64,000 nucleotides of DNA, taken from the NCBI GenBank assembly GCA_048772705.1, contig JBLWGC010000202.1, positions 186,001 through 250,000 on the forward strand, given 5' to 3'. A program made the translations under genes and the position numbers. This DNA is from Leidyana gryllorum EB-2025a. Taxonomy: Eukaryota; Protista; Apicomplexa. This document shows, piece after piece, positions 47,644 through 59,900 of the stretch. The notes beneath the pieces were generated by a model. The model was not told the origin of the DNA, did not search any database, and worked only from the letters and a program-made list of their open reading frames with translations. How positions within the stretch are numbered: position 1 is the first letter of the stretch; each line of letters starts with the position of its first letter.

Positions 47644-47817
47644 ATTGTGTGAGGGGGGAACGTCTCCCCACCCAGTTACGTTTTAGTCACCAGTTACACT
47701 GGAATAATGATAGATTGCATTGCATTGAGATTTTCTTCTATGAAGCGAACATTGTTGCGTAAGACACGAAAAGCGTTATAGGCGAGCGGGTTCTCTCATT
47801 GGCTGCGAGTGGGTGTG

Positions 47818-48942
47818 TCACTGATTGCGTATCCCGTCCTGATGATACTCCTCACTGCCACCAAAGTTCCGTCTGTTGCGAACGAGGAGGTTTGCCACAC
47901 TGGAGAAGAGATGACCCGTTGACGTTGGTGTGTGGCTGGACGTATAGTTTTTGACTCGCTGGTGCAATGGTTCGGGTAATTGGGCCTGATGGAAGCGTGC
48001 GAGCGTTTCTGTGGCAATGTGCAGTCTGGAGAGGCGGGGACACGCTGTGAGAATGGCCTCGAGAGCCTGGAGATAAGCGTCAGACTCGTCCGCGAGGAAG
48101 AGAGAAAGCGGATTCAGGAGCTGTCGGGCGATACGTCGAGCGAAAGGTGAGGGGAGGACAGTGACACCTTCTTCCGCGCGAATCCGTTTGATAGTGAGAT
48201 CGTGAAGAGCCTTCTGATTGTTCGCTCCTTTCCGAAAAGTGACGACAGTTGAAATCGGGGGGGAGTCTGGAGGTGGATGGCCGAGCATTGCGTGGGGCAG
48301 GAGACGGAGCTGCTCGAATAAATGTGCTCTGTCTCTCCATCCGTTCCAATGTGTCTCCCAAGCGAGCCATAAGGTGTCGGCCACTTCTCGTTCTCGCTGG
48401 CCGTGACAGAAAGCGCAGTTAGGGTCTATGGACAGCGGTGTGCAGCGGTTGCAGCTTGAGCTCTTGTACACCATGGGGTGGTAGGTGCGTTCGGGTCTGG
48501 AATGAGCAAACGGACAAAACTTGTTGGCACAGCCGGCGGCTGTGGTGACTAACGGGCAGAATATCGGCAGATAGAAAACGAGAAAGCAGTCTCTCCGGAA
48601 TTTGTACGGGGCTGAGGACGACATCGTCGACGACGGCTCAACGCGCAACGGTTGTAACGGACAGATCGGAAATGATGAAATGTGAGGCAACATATCGTAC
48701 AACTTCTCTTCGTTGAGGGGTAACCGCTGATTCTTAACAGACTGACCGCCATAGCCGCTGTGACAATCTGTCTCCCATCCGTCGCTCGCTACCATTGTCA
48801 ACACGGCCGTCTCCGACGACGTCATCGAAGCCGACCGCATAGCCGCGTCGTTCGAACGAATTAATGTTGAAGCATTCTTGATCACCACCTGCATAGAAGG
48901 GGCCCATCGGTCCGCAACCGACGTAACTTCAGCGTCACTCAT
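47818..48942 (-). CDS. CCCH zinc-finger protein (unkempt-like)
   Basis: FCPLV...GCANKFCPFAH...YHPMVYKSSSC...CAFCHG; likely start MSDAEV at 48942. Confidence 0.75.
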   Translation of the reverse strand: MSDAEVTSVADRWAPSMQVVIKNASTLIRSNDAAMRSASMTSSETAVLTMVASDGWETDCHSGYGGQSVKNQRLPLNEEKLYDMLPHISSFPICPLQPLRVEPSSTMSSSAPYKFRRDCFLVFYLPIFCPLVTTAAGCANKFCPFAHSRPERTYHPMVYKSSSCNRCTPLSIDPNCAFCHGQREREVADTLWLAWETHWNGWRDRAHLFEQLRLLPHAMLGHPPPDSPPISTVVTFRKGANNQKALHDLTIKRIRAEEGVTVLPSPFARRIARQLLNPLSLFLADESDAYLQALEAILTACPRLSRLHIATETLARFHQAQLPEPLHQRVKNYTSSHTPTSTGHLFSSVANLLVRNRRNFGGSEEYHQDGIRNQ

Positions 48943-48973
48943 TTTGACACATTTTTCGTCACAAAAACAAAAC

Positions 48974-50033
48974 ATGCCACCCACCATCACATTCGCTTCA
49001 GCCGACGATTACCCTACACCTATCTACCTCGAAAACGCCCCTCTACGAACCGTCTCAGTCAATGCAGGCGACGATGCCCTCTACGTAGGCGGATTCGGCA
49101 TCAATAAAGCCTTCAAGGAATCACTCAGTAAAGCCAAACTCCCTGTTGCAGGATTCGAAAACTTGCACACCGAACTCCTCAACCTCAGCAAACAATCTGG
49201 CGGAGCCATCATCACCGTCCCAAACCCCGGGCGTTATGTCAGAGGCGTCACACACTGCCAAGGGCTCATAGGCCCAAAGCAAACACCGGTAAATCGCCCC
49301 CCATACCCTAAAGTCTGCTCACTCGATATAAATGTGCCCCACGCGCACCGCTTCATCCATCCGTCCTTTCACCCTAAACGCCGATCCCTCAATCTTCCGG
49401 ACTGCAGAGTGGAGCTGCTATGCTCTCCATTTTCGATGACTCCGTCGCTGTGGAGGGTAATAACGCAAACATCGGCATGATGTATGTGGTCGGTCCCAAC
49501 GGACGGAAAGTGGTCACTGAGATCACGGCATTCAAGGAATGCGTACAGGCTGTCGGGAGAAACATTGCCGAAATTGTCAACCGCTATAATGAGTCATCGC
49601 CCGACAGATCGATCCAGAACCTCAGGTAAAAAATAGAATTCCCTCTGCGTTACTTCCCCCCACTCGAACATAAATGTTTCCTGTAAGTGGGCACCGCGCA
49701 CCTGAGTTAATGCATCGAGCTCACGATCTCCGCGCACTCGGTGTGCAGTGGGGAGCAGCTTGCAACTCACAGTTGCATTTCGGTGTTTGCAAATGTTTGA
49801 TTGCACCCCGTTCCCATGTGCTCGTCAGTAGCAACTACGATCGTGCACCGTGCAGAATGTGCTTGGTCTCGGGAGGAGTGTTTCGGCACCCCCGTGTGAG
49901 CAAATTGGAGGTCGCCCAGCTACTGATGGGGGGCTTGACTACGCTGAATGAGAATGTGAAAATTGAGTACGCATACGACGAAAATGCGTTTCTGGAAGCT
50001 TCGAAGCAAAGTACGCTGCGGGTGCGGGAATGA
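48974..50033 (+). CDS. Macrodomain (ADP-ribose-binding/hydrolase-like) protein
   Basis: VSVNAGDDALYVGGFGINKAF, YVVGP, R|MCLVSGGVF correspond to the macro motifs NAAN-GGG, H-V-GP and ISxGIF; introns ~49289-49408 and 49626-49855. Confidence 0.7.
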
Positions 50034-50103
50034 AGCTAGCGGGGCAGAACGGATGAGCATTACCGGGTGGGAATAGAAATAAAAAGATTGAAAGTTTCTT
50101 GTG

Positions 50104-52312
50104 ATGGTGGATATTGATCAAGTGCGAATGCGGCGGCCGGATGGGCTCGAGGACGGAAAGCGCGGGTCCATGACCGATGAAAAGGCTGACGGGTCTTTGC
50201 GAATGATGGCGTCTCACTTATCCGAAGAAGTCGTCAAGTCGACGTATCAGTTAGTAGCAGATTTCCTCGGTGGCCCCTGGGTGCGGTTGGTGGTCTTTGT
50301 ACTGGCTGTCTTTTTCACTGCTCCGTTATACTATGGATGGCAGCAGTACGCGCTGATGTTAGGACGCTCAGGCGCTTATAGCTGGCTGTGTAGCGTGACA
50401 GACCCGCCGATGGACGACGTATATGACTGCGAAGCACAAGAGAAGGCTATAGGGCGACTATATTCAATTGCTGCGGGCTGCGAGTATGCTTCTGCGGCCT
50501 GGGGTGGGATCTTCCTCGACACTCTCGGTCCGCGGATATCTGGCTTGATAGGAGAGCTTGGCTGGGTGATCGGAACTGTAATGATTATGGTTTCGGGACA
50601 GTCTTTGCAGCTGTACATCCCGGGAATGATTGTGCTGGGCTCGTCGGTCAATGTAGTAATGTTCCCCAGTCTCGTTACCATTGAGTCTTGGCCGCAATGG
50701 CGCGGCCTAATGGTGGGGGTCGCTCTCGCCGCATCCACCGCCGGTACTTTGATTCCGCCCGTGATGTGGTCTTTGTGGGACGCCAACCCGAACTGGTCGT
50801 TCATGGGCATTTGGCTTGTATATATTGCTGCCGTATGGCTCCCGATGACAGTCCTATACGTCATCGCGTTGCCCGGCGCTCGCGACTATCAGAAGATCTT
50901 GAAGGTCCAACGCAAAGAAATGTTGGCCCTCAAAGCGAAGACACAGCCAGACAATGACAGCACAAACGCTGAGTTTGGCGTGAATGCTCCCCCCCGAGAG
51001 CTTTCGCTCGCCCCATCCACCGAAGACGCGCACATGGTGGTACGCGAAGCCACTTGGGGAGAGTTTTACCGAAATATATTAACTCTCGACATGATTGTCA
51101 TGGCAATCTACTTCTTCACCATGATGGCAATGGTAAGTCTATCCGTTCGACTTCACGCTCGTTGTGCTGCTATCTTCGCCATGGCCCACACACCTGGGAC
51201 ATATCATGTTCCGAGCAGTTGGCGGCTAGAGAGTGCAATGTACACCGGCCGCCTGTACCTCCACCGTTCCGTCGCTTGACTTTTCCCACAATGTCATGTG
51301 GCGGTGGCGCACGAGGCCTATACACCAGTTGCCTGGGGTCTGGGATTGACGACGGTCTTGGGCCGCCGTCGACAGGCCAGGCGGACATTGGACACTGTGG
51401 ACGACAAGACATGCTTTTTGGGGGTGTTGTTCACTATTTGTTAGCGGCCTGACTCACTGTTCGTGGGGAATTGAGTTATGCCATGTGGGCGGGACTGAGG
51501 ACTGTGCGCGACGTTAGTGTGTGTGTGTGTGACTGTGCGCCAAGGGCATGGATATGTGGTTGTATCTAGTGTGGTTTCGTGGCACCTGTTTCAGCCGACC
51601 TGACTCACTCATATTGCCGTTTTAATCTTGCAGTACGCATATTATCCCACCGTCGTGCGCTCCGCGATTGGCTCAAGCGTATCGGAGTTCGTTGGCTGGT
51701 TCCAACCAACGCAAGCTATTTGGTCATTGTTGATCGGTCTACTCAGTGACGTCTTCAGGACTCCGTGGGTTATGACCGGAATGTGCATTACGGTAAGTAC
51801 TCATTTATTTATGCACACACACACCAGTTCGGGGCAAGGAACGGCTGATGAGCCAGTTTTCGCCGCCGACTGTCAGTGCAGCTTTCTTCTGATTTATGGC
51901 TATCTGTCTGCAGCTTGGGTCCGTTTTCATGATCAGTACGCTGGCTGATCGTCATAGCTCCTGGCATTGGACCGCAGCGACCATTTTGACAATTTCGCAA
52001 TGTGCTGTGTTCGAGGTCAAGTTTACCTACGTATCGGAGATGTTTGACCCATACCACTACGGAAAATTGGTTGGGTTTCTGGGCGTTGTAGGTGGCATCG
52101 GTACTTTCCTTAACATCCCGATAGCCAACTCGACGGCATACCAGACAGTCTTCATCACTTACACCTGCTTGATGCCCATCTTGATAGCTATGGCGGTCTG
52201 GCTCGGATGGCGGCAGAAGAAGGGGCAATCTTACAAGACCTTACCGGACACTGAACCACAGCAGCCATTGGTGCAGAATGTTGACAAAAGCATTGCTGGT
52301 GAAACAGTCTGA
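50104..52312 (+). CDS. MFS amino-acid transporter, ApiAT/NPT (LAT3-like) family
   Basis: GWQQYALMLGRSGAYSWLC, GIFLDTLGPR, HYGKLVG; ~12 hydrophobic segments; introns 51133-51633 and ~51793-51913. Confidence 0.85.
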
Positions 52313-52597
52313 CATTGAAGCCACGAGACGGTCGCCAGTATTCGCAATTTGTGACTGTGATCAAAGAATGATTTGATTGACCGACCAACCGACCGATCGA
52401 TCGGAAAGAAGTCTTCCTCAAAAAGAACCGTTGATTGGAATACATGCGCTCTCACTCACTCACAGGTCACCTACCCGCTCAGCCGGAGCTCTCTCTGCTG
52501 CTGCTGCTGCTGATCTGATAATATGGAGGGAGAGAAAACAGAAGGGGAGGGGGAGTTCATTTCGGTTACCTTCACGACTACTCACAAAAGAATTAGA

Positions 52598-55500
52598 TCA
52601 GATACCCATGAAAGCTCGCACAGTATTCAATGCCAGGGCCGATTTTTCCTCATTCAATGCCGAAATTGTGGAGGCAATTTCGCTGAACGTGGGACGCTCG
52701 CTCTTGTCAAAAGCCACCATTCGCGATAGAAGACAACTAAGACTTGGGCGCAACAACGACGGCGGCTTGAACTGTGCTTTCCCTGTCGCCACGATGCAAA
52801 AGATCTGGCCGCGCGACAGTCCTTCGTGGACTGGTCGTCCAGTCAGTGCCTCCCAGAACGACACACCGTAACTGAAAACATCTGACTCGGGCCAGAATCC
52901 TTCGCCTCGCAACACTGCAAACACGTTTGATGGGTAGAACAGCAGAAGGCAGGGCCGGCACATCAGCTGTCTCGTCAGGGCACACACACGAAACACACAC
53001 GAACACACACACGACAAGACGAGCGATCGCCGGATAGATAGAGACATAGAACGCACAGTTATCTCACCTTCGGGGGCAGCGTAATATATAGAACCATATG
53101 AAGCCAAGAAAACCGGCGAGGGATTCCCGGCTCGGTAAGATTTGGCCATACCAAAATCCGAAATCTGGGGGCGTGACTATGTGGCTGTGGGAGGAGAGCG
53201 GGCTTTCGAAGCCAAGACTCACCTTGCCCTTCTCATCACTGCCAATAAGAAAATTGCTCGGCTTGATGTCGCGGTGGTATAACCCTTGAGAGTGGATGTG
53301 AGCCATCCCCTCAGCAACGTGTTGGAACAACTCAATGATCTATGGTCGGGTAGCAAGACATGGGTATAACCAAGAAACTCACTTGTGGCCACTGAAACTT
53401 GCTTTTGTTTGCATGTGGACTGCGGCCATCGGGTTGTAATCGAGAGTCAAGAGCCCCCATCGGGCACAAGTCCAGGGCAAGACCTGGCAGATCGGAAGGT
53501 AGAGAGAAGTGACCAATCGCTCTGAGCACGTTGGGGTGGGGTTCGATGAGCTCCATTATGGCTACTTCGTGATCCCGCATTCGCCGTGCTGTGCTCTTGC
53601 GCAAGTGAATGGTGCGGTAAAAGTTCTCAGGTGGCTTGGTACTGTCACGTTTCACAGTACTACCTGGCCACTTGGTGGGTCTGTCAGGTGGGGTCTCCAC
53701 AGCGGCGACTTTAATCGCGGGAACATTGGCTATCGCCTGGTCAAATGACGGTGTTTCAGGCGAGGATACCATGCCGAACCATCCCCTGACTGCCGCCAAC
53801 ATTTGTAAAGGGGACATACTCATTCGACCTGTCAATGCGGGACTTTCTTCTACGGAGCTGCGTCTTTCCGTTTCGAAGACAGACGCCTCCTTGTCCGAAG
53901 TCGCATCCAGTCCTTCAATCCCAGCTGCAGAGTTAGCAGTCAGCTCGTCGCCGCCGTCTCCGAAGATCTTACTAATGGTCAACGGTGGGTGAGCGCCAAA
54001 TCTTCGACTGATGCTGAGCCGCAACCCACTCACAGCAGCAGTGCTGTTAGTCTCATCCTTATACACCCTATTTGACACTGGCACCCTGCAACCTCGTCGA
54101 TTTCTGGCACTAGCGAACACTTTCAGAGCGACAGGGGGGCCACGGTTGATATGGCCTTGGAACACCAATGCATGGCCACCAGCCCCCAACCTTCTGATCA
54201 AACTTATTTCTTCGTCATCCAAACTCGGAAGAACATGACGTGCCTTGTGCGCCTTCCTGATGAGACAAAAACACAGTGTCACTGTATACCTCAACCGCTC
54301 TGATCGCACGAACGAACGAAAGACCCACAGGAAGGAAGAGCACTGACGTCGCCGATCATTGCTGACGCCAATGCATCATCACCACACACAGAGACACACG
54401 CGCACACACGCGCGCACACACACACAGCCAAGGGGAGGGGAGGGCAGATCGGGGGGGAGTGATACATTATTGAGAGCACTTGATGAACGAACAGTTACTG
54501 ACTTTACGATTGGTGGTGCGAGCGGGTCTCCCCAGTCGACTCCGTTCCAGAGATAGCGAAAGGCGGCGATAAGGAAGCGTCTAGTGTGCGCGTCAGTGAT
54601 GCCAATGCGTTCTAAAGATCTCATGTTCAGACTTTGGACAGAGTTGCCAGTGATGTTGTGTTTTCTAAAGGGGCCGACGGCGGTGTATGCGCCTACGGCT
54701 GCGAGAAAGAGGCAGATGTGAGCATTGGTCCAGTTGGCGAAGTCCGCGGCCCGAAAGTTTCCTGGGGCCGCGTGGTGTAGGGAGGCAACAACTCGACGAT
54801 GCCACCTCGTATTGGTTTGGTCTCGCACGGGGCACTCCCTGAGGCCGTCCGGAGAGGCTAAGGAGGCCAAGGAAGGTTGTGAGACCGCAAAAGTATTTGC
54901 AGGGACGGCGGCTGGGTAAGAGCCGCGTCTGCAAGGGCATGTGCGGGAGATCGAGCACAGACTTGGGCTCTTCTCCTTGTGTATGGGGAATTGATGGCGG
55001 GCGGCGGCGGAGTAGTCAATTGTTGAGCCGGCATCAGTACTGCTCGCTTTGCATGAGTATGAATTGGACCCAGCCAGCGACAGACTGTGTCCAAGTTGCA
55101 GAACGCCGCGGGTTGATTGTTCGGTGCTGCTGGACTCGTTTGAAGACGAGCGAGTTAGGCCTCTCAGATCATCGTTCTCCGTTTCCTCTTCGAGTTCGTT
55201 CTCGTTTGCAGTTTCAATCTCGTCACTGTTGCCGTCTCCGCCGCGTTGTTCGCCGCCCGGCCGGAGCGTAGTGGGCATGCGTGTGAAACGTTTTCTAGGC
55301 AGGAACTCCGACGCCGCCGACACTTGTGATCGAGTGTCAAATTGTTTGTCCCATTCGAAGCTCTTAGACACCGTCGAAGTCTGACTCAGCCATAGGCTCG
55401 GAGCAACAGTATTGTGCGGAATCTTCCTACAGTTACCATGACTGAGTAACAGACTCTCGTCCGGTCCCGGCAGACATTCGGATCGCTGCAATAGTGCATT

Positions 55501-56719
55501 CTGTCGCTTCTCGCCCCTTAACATCGTGGGGTATCGATCCAAAGCCACTGGTACCACAGACCCGTGAGCATCGCCCAGAATAAAGACCGCAACGCGGTGC
55601 CATGCGCTCTGGAAGCCCATTTCCACGTGAAACTCGTGGAACGCGATGTAATGACCCAATGCTCGACCATTCTGCCAGCAACCTTCATATATCAAACGAT
55701 CGTCCGATATCAGCCGACCCCATCCGTGTCGACGACCCTTCAGTGTTTCCCCCACATAAAAGTACTTTCGCCGGCCCCCAACACCGCCACTCCCCTCGAC
55801 ACCCATTCCCCCACACGATGACTCACTCAACGCTCCTCCCACTGATGCGTTTGCGAATCCTGCTGCTCCTCCTCCTCCTCCTCCGGGTCCCCCCATCGCA
55901 CCACCTCCCGCTGTCCTGGTCAGCGTGGGATACCTAAGGCGCACAACGATAACAATGAAAGCAGCGCAGCAATGGCCACAACAACAATAGATGGTCACTC
56001 CAGGGGGGGCAAGGGGGGTGACCAAAGTGACGTGTGGGAGAGTCAAAGTGGGAGTGTGTGTATGTTCTTTACCTGCGTCTGATGCTGCGTTCCCGTCTGA
56101 CGAAAGATGAAGCTCGCGATGAGGCAAGTGACCTTGTTTGTGGGGGGGAGGGTGTGGGTGGGTCGTGTAGCAGGATTTTGTCATGAGTGGAACCGGAGGC
56201 GACGGAGAGCGCGTCTAATGCGGCTCTATGGTCATCGGGTGAGAATAAGGGCGGGTTGTGGGAAGCCGCCGCACCTTCCACAGGTATAGTGGTGGGTGAC
56301 TTTGCTCCCCCTTCTGTAACTCTGGAGCCTAACACGGTGGGGTCCGAGTTGAACTTGACTCTTCGATGGCGATTGTAGACCCATACCCTATCGGTGGCTG
56401 AGCCAACCACATATTGCGGGTAGAGAGGGTGGGCGAGTTCGATATCGAACCCGCCCGTGTCGGCACAGGTCAGAGCTTCGACGGCCAAGTGGTCATTATG
56501 ATGTCTTCTTCGCCAGAGTGGCTCGGCAATGGGGGTGAAGAGTTGATCTAACGAGGGCTGTTCATGAGCGGTAAGCTGCTGCAGCTGTTGTGGCGTCGTT
56601 TGCGTTAGCAATAGTTGTTGTTGTTGTTTGTTGTGGGTTGGTGAGCGACTTGGCTGCTGCGGCTGCTCTTCGTGGGGTCCCACGATTGGACGGAGGAGCG
56701 TACTCCAGGCTTCGTGCAT
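52598..56719 (-). CDS. Tyrosine-kinase-like kinase with MORN repeats and SAM domain
   Basis: MORN (YVGETLKGRRHGWG...YEGCWQNG), SAM (NWTNAHICLFL...FRKHNITG...LERIGI), kinase GAGGHA, VALK, HPNV, HRDIKPSN, spliced ISDFG, YAAPE, SDVFSYGV. 5' exon assignment tentative. Confidence 0.85.
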
Positions 56720-56934
56720 CAAGCGTTACAGCCGCAGGCGCGAAAGCATAACATCCTATAAGTCCGCTCCTGAATGACGGACAAACAGTCTTCTTCTGGC
56801 TCCACACAATGTCGGTTGGTTGAAGAAGAAGAAGAAGAATAAAGAACTGAGTACAACAAGTTTAATGTCACTTCACAGTCACCACGCTACGCTAAACGAA
56901 TTGGTTGAAGTTGATTGATGATCGGCTCTCTCGA

Positions 56935-59900
56935 CTAAGAATGCTCTGTTGGGGCGGTGAACAAAGTGTCCTTCATGAACATCGGCATCGCCGAATATGG
57001 CCTCAAACACGCCGGATCGTACTGATCGCGATGTACCTCCATGTCTTCAGTTGCGACCACCTTCTCCACTCCGAATACCAATGTACCAGCAGCTTCACCG
57101 TCCTTGCCGGTGAGATTCACTGTATTCGCGTCCTCGTCTCCATCCCGCCGGTTGCTTGCCAACCAGTTCTCCAGATTGAACATACCCGTACCGATAGGTT
57201 TGTCTGTCTTGCGACTCGCATCCGCCGCCGTCATACCCGTACCCACATCACACACAGTGAAGTATATGGCTTTTGTCTTCACAAACGGCAAAATCACCGT
57301 CTGGTTCCACACAGGATTCGCTCCGTTCACCTCATCAGCCTTCGTCGCAATGTCGTGATGCAACAATTGGATCCGCACGGCCGCACGTAACTTTCGAGTC
57401 TTGTGAGGGTTAATCAAATCCTTGGCATATCGAATGCGAAGTCTGTACACATATTGGTCGTCGCTCGGATCCACTGGAGCCGTTTCGCGCTCAAACGGAC
57501 AACTGCGTCTCTCAGGTACTTCCGGCATGTCGCCCTCAACCATACGGTACTCTGTAACCACAAGAATTTTAGATCCACTACTGTCTGCCACCGCCGCACA
57601 CTCACCGAATGGATGTTGTTCGTGCCGCTCCCACATATCACCACCCCAATTCTGCATAGTCACCCACAAATCGCTGCTCAGACGCGAACCCTTATCCTGG
57701 TAGGGCCGAGTCTTGCTCTTCAACTCGGGCATTGACCGGACAGTCGGTTCTGGGAACGATGGAATCGCTCCACACGGGCCACCCTTGCGGTACGCCTTTA
57801 GTGACTTGGGTTTCAGTCGGCCTTCCTCGAACCTGTACAACGGGAAACAATGTCACACAAACAGTCGGGAGCGATGCATCAGCCAGTCAATTGCAATTGA
57901 CAAGGAGGGGTCACCAAGGTGCCAACCCAGCAATTGCACACACCACACACGGAGACAACAACTTACTCGACAGTGTATTTCTCGTCGTCTTCGGCGAGAT
58001 AGACACCAATTCCGTGTGGTTTGTCATCCTTCCAGCTTCCCTCGTAGCTGCGTCTCTGTGTGCTGGACGAGACATCATTGAAGGTGAAGACACCTTTGCC
58101 GTCTCTCAGCCCTTGTGCCATTTGACCTTCGTATATGCCATCAGGAGCGTAGAGGGTTCCACGGCCGTGCGGTACGTCGTGTTCCCAGAGACCATCGTAG
58201 ATGAGGCCACCCGCAACGCTCTCGAACAGTTTGCCCAGACCGCATCTGTCACCCCGGTCCATCGGGCCGACATACACCATTCCGTTCGGCAGGTAGTAAG
58301 CGTCCGCTCTGCCGTGCGCCTGATCGTTCTCCCATTGTCCCTTGAGTATAGCTTTATCGTCGGGGTCACAGACAATACCGCGTCCATTACGAAGTCCCTC
58401 TTTGAACTCTCCTCGGTAGATGATGCCTCCACTGACTCTGCCAGCGACATCCTGGAAGAAGCCGACGCTGCCTCTGCCGTGTGGCTGTCCGTTCTTGAAC
58501 TCGCCCTCGAACCAGTTGAAGTTGATTCTTTGGCGTAGATCTTTATGGACATCAATGCGGCAGAAACCGCCGCCCAGCCGGTCGTCCTCGAAGTGCCCTT
58601 CGACGTAAAGTTTGTCACCGGCGGCCACCATAACGCCATTGCCATGACGCTTTCCTTCACGGAACTCTCCCCAATACGTCACCTTGTCGGGTCCGCGTCC
58701 GAATTCCATAACGCCATATCCTTCGGGTTTACCGTTACGGAAGTCTCCAAAGTAGTTCATCGGACAAATCGGGCAGTAGTAGTGACCCTTTCCATTGGGC
58801 CGGTTGTTCATAAGCCCGCGGTCATCCGCCTTGAGGAATCGGGTGCCATCAGCAAAGTGCACCTCGCCGTCTCCCAGTCGTTGACCAAAGTCCTGAGCTC
58901 CCAGAGACGGGTCGAGGACACGAGCCCAGTGTCCGGTGTGCGGGAGGTACTCGTCTTCCCTAACTCTGCCGTCGGCCAACGGGCTGCCAGTTTGGGCTCC
59001 ACTGACATTCACGTCGTCGTCGTCAAAGTCGTTGGCGCCCACAGCCCGATTCTTGAAGTAGTTGGCGTCGAGGTTAGCGATTGTCGTCTCCAGCACTCCC
59101 TCGTGGCCACAAGCAGAGATACTTCGGACAGTGTCAACGACGAGTTGTTTCGAGCGGGGTTCTAATGGACCCATTCTGCCGTCCTCTGTGTATCCATCGA
59201 AGCGGCGAGGTTTCTCTGCTTCGGAGGTGGCGGCCGAGTCTGTGCCAATGACAATGTCTCGGTGTCTCGCGGCAGCAAAGAAGTTCTTAATCTTTGCCAT
59301 ATCGGTGATGGGGCCACTCGCGGTCGGGAGTGTGTCGCCGCGAGTCATCTCTTTCGGCACAGAGAAGGTACCCTGGAAACCGGTGATAATGTGTTTGTTG
59401 CCGGGATCTTTGGAGGTTCGCAATCGGTAAATCTCATCGGGGTCGTCGAGTGTGAGTGTACCCAAGCCGAAAGGCTCATCGTTCGCGAAACCTCCTCGGT
59501 ATTCCCAGCGTTTTCCGTCTTTATCAGTGAACTTGAGAGTTCCTTCTCCATTCCGACGGCCTTCGTGCAGATCGCCCTCGTAAGGAGTATCGGTGGCCTG
59601 CACCACCGATGAGAGTTCAACATTGTTCCCGTGGAAACGCCAGTCTTGACGCTCTCCCAGCAACTCGCCCGGTTTCAGCGGTTGATTCTTCGGTGTCTCG
59701 GGGGCAGCTTTCTCTTCCACCTCGATCGGACGGCCGCGGGGTGGCACGTATTCATTCTCGCTTTGTTCACCCTCAACGGCGTCCGCATCGATGACATTAG
59801 TGTCGCTGTCGCTCACATTCTTCCCGAATCCGCTATCCTCTGAGCTTAGAGAACTGTCGCTCACTGCCAGGGCGTCATCGCGATCGAACAGGTTCGGAGG

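Noticed and set aside
51133-51633. TPP riboswitch in the transporter intron
   Set aside because: The conserved CTGAGA and CCTGAT...TAATGCCAGCG core is not present.
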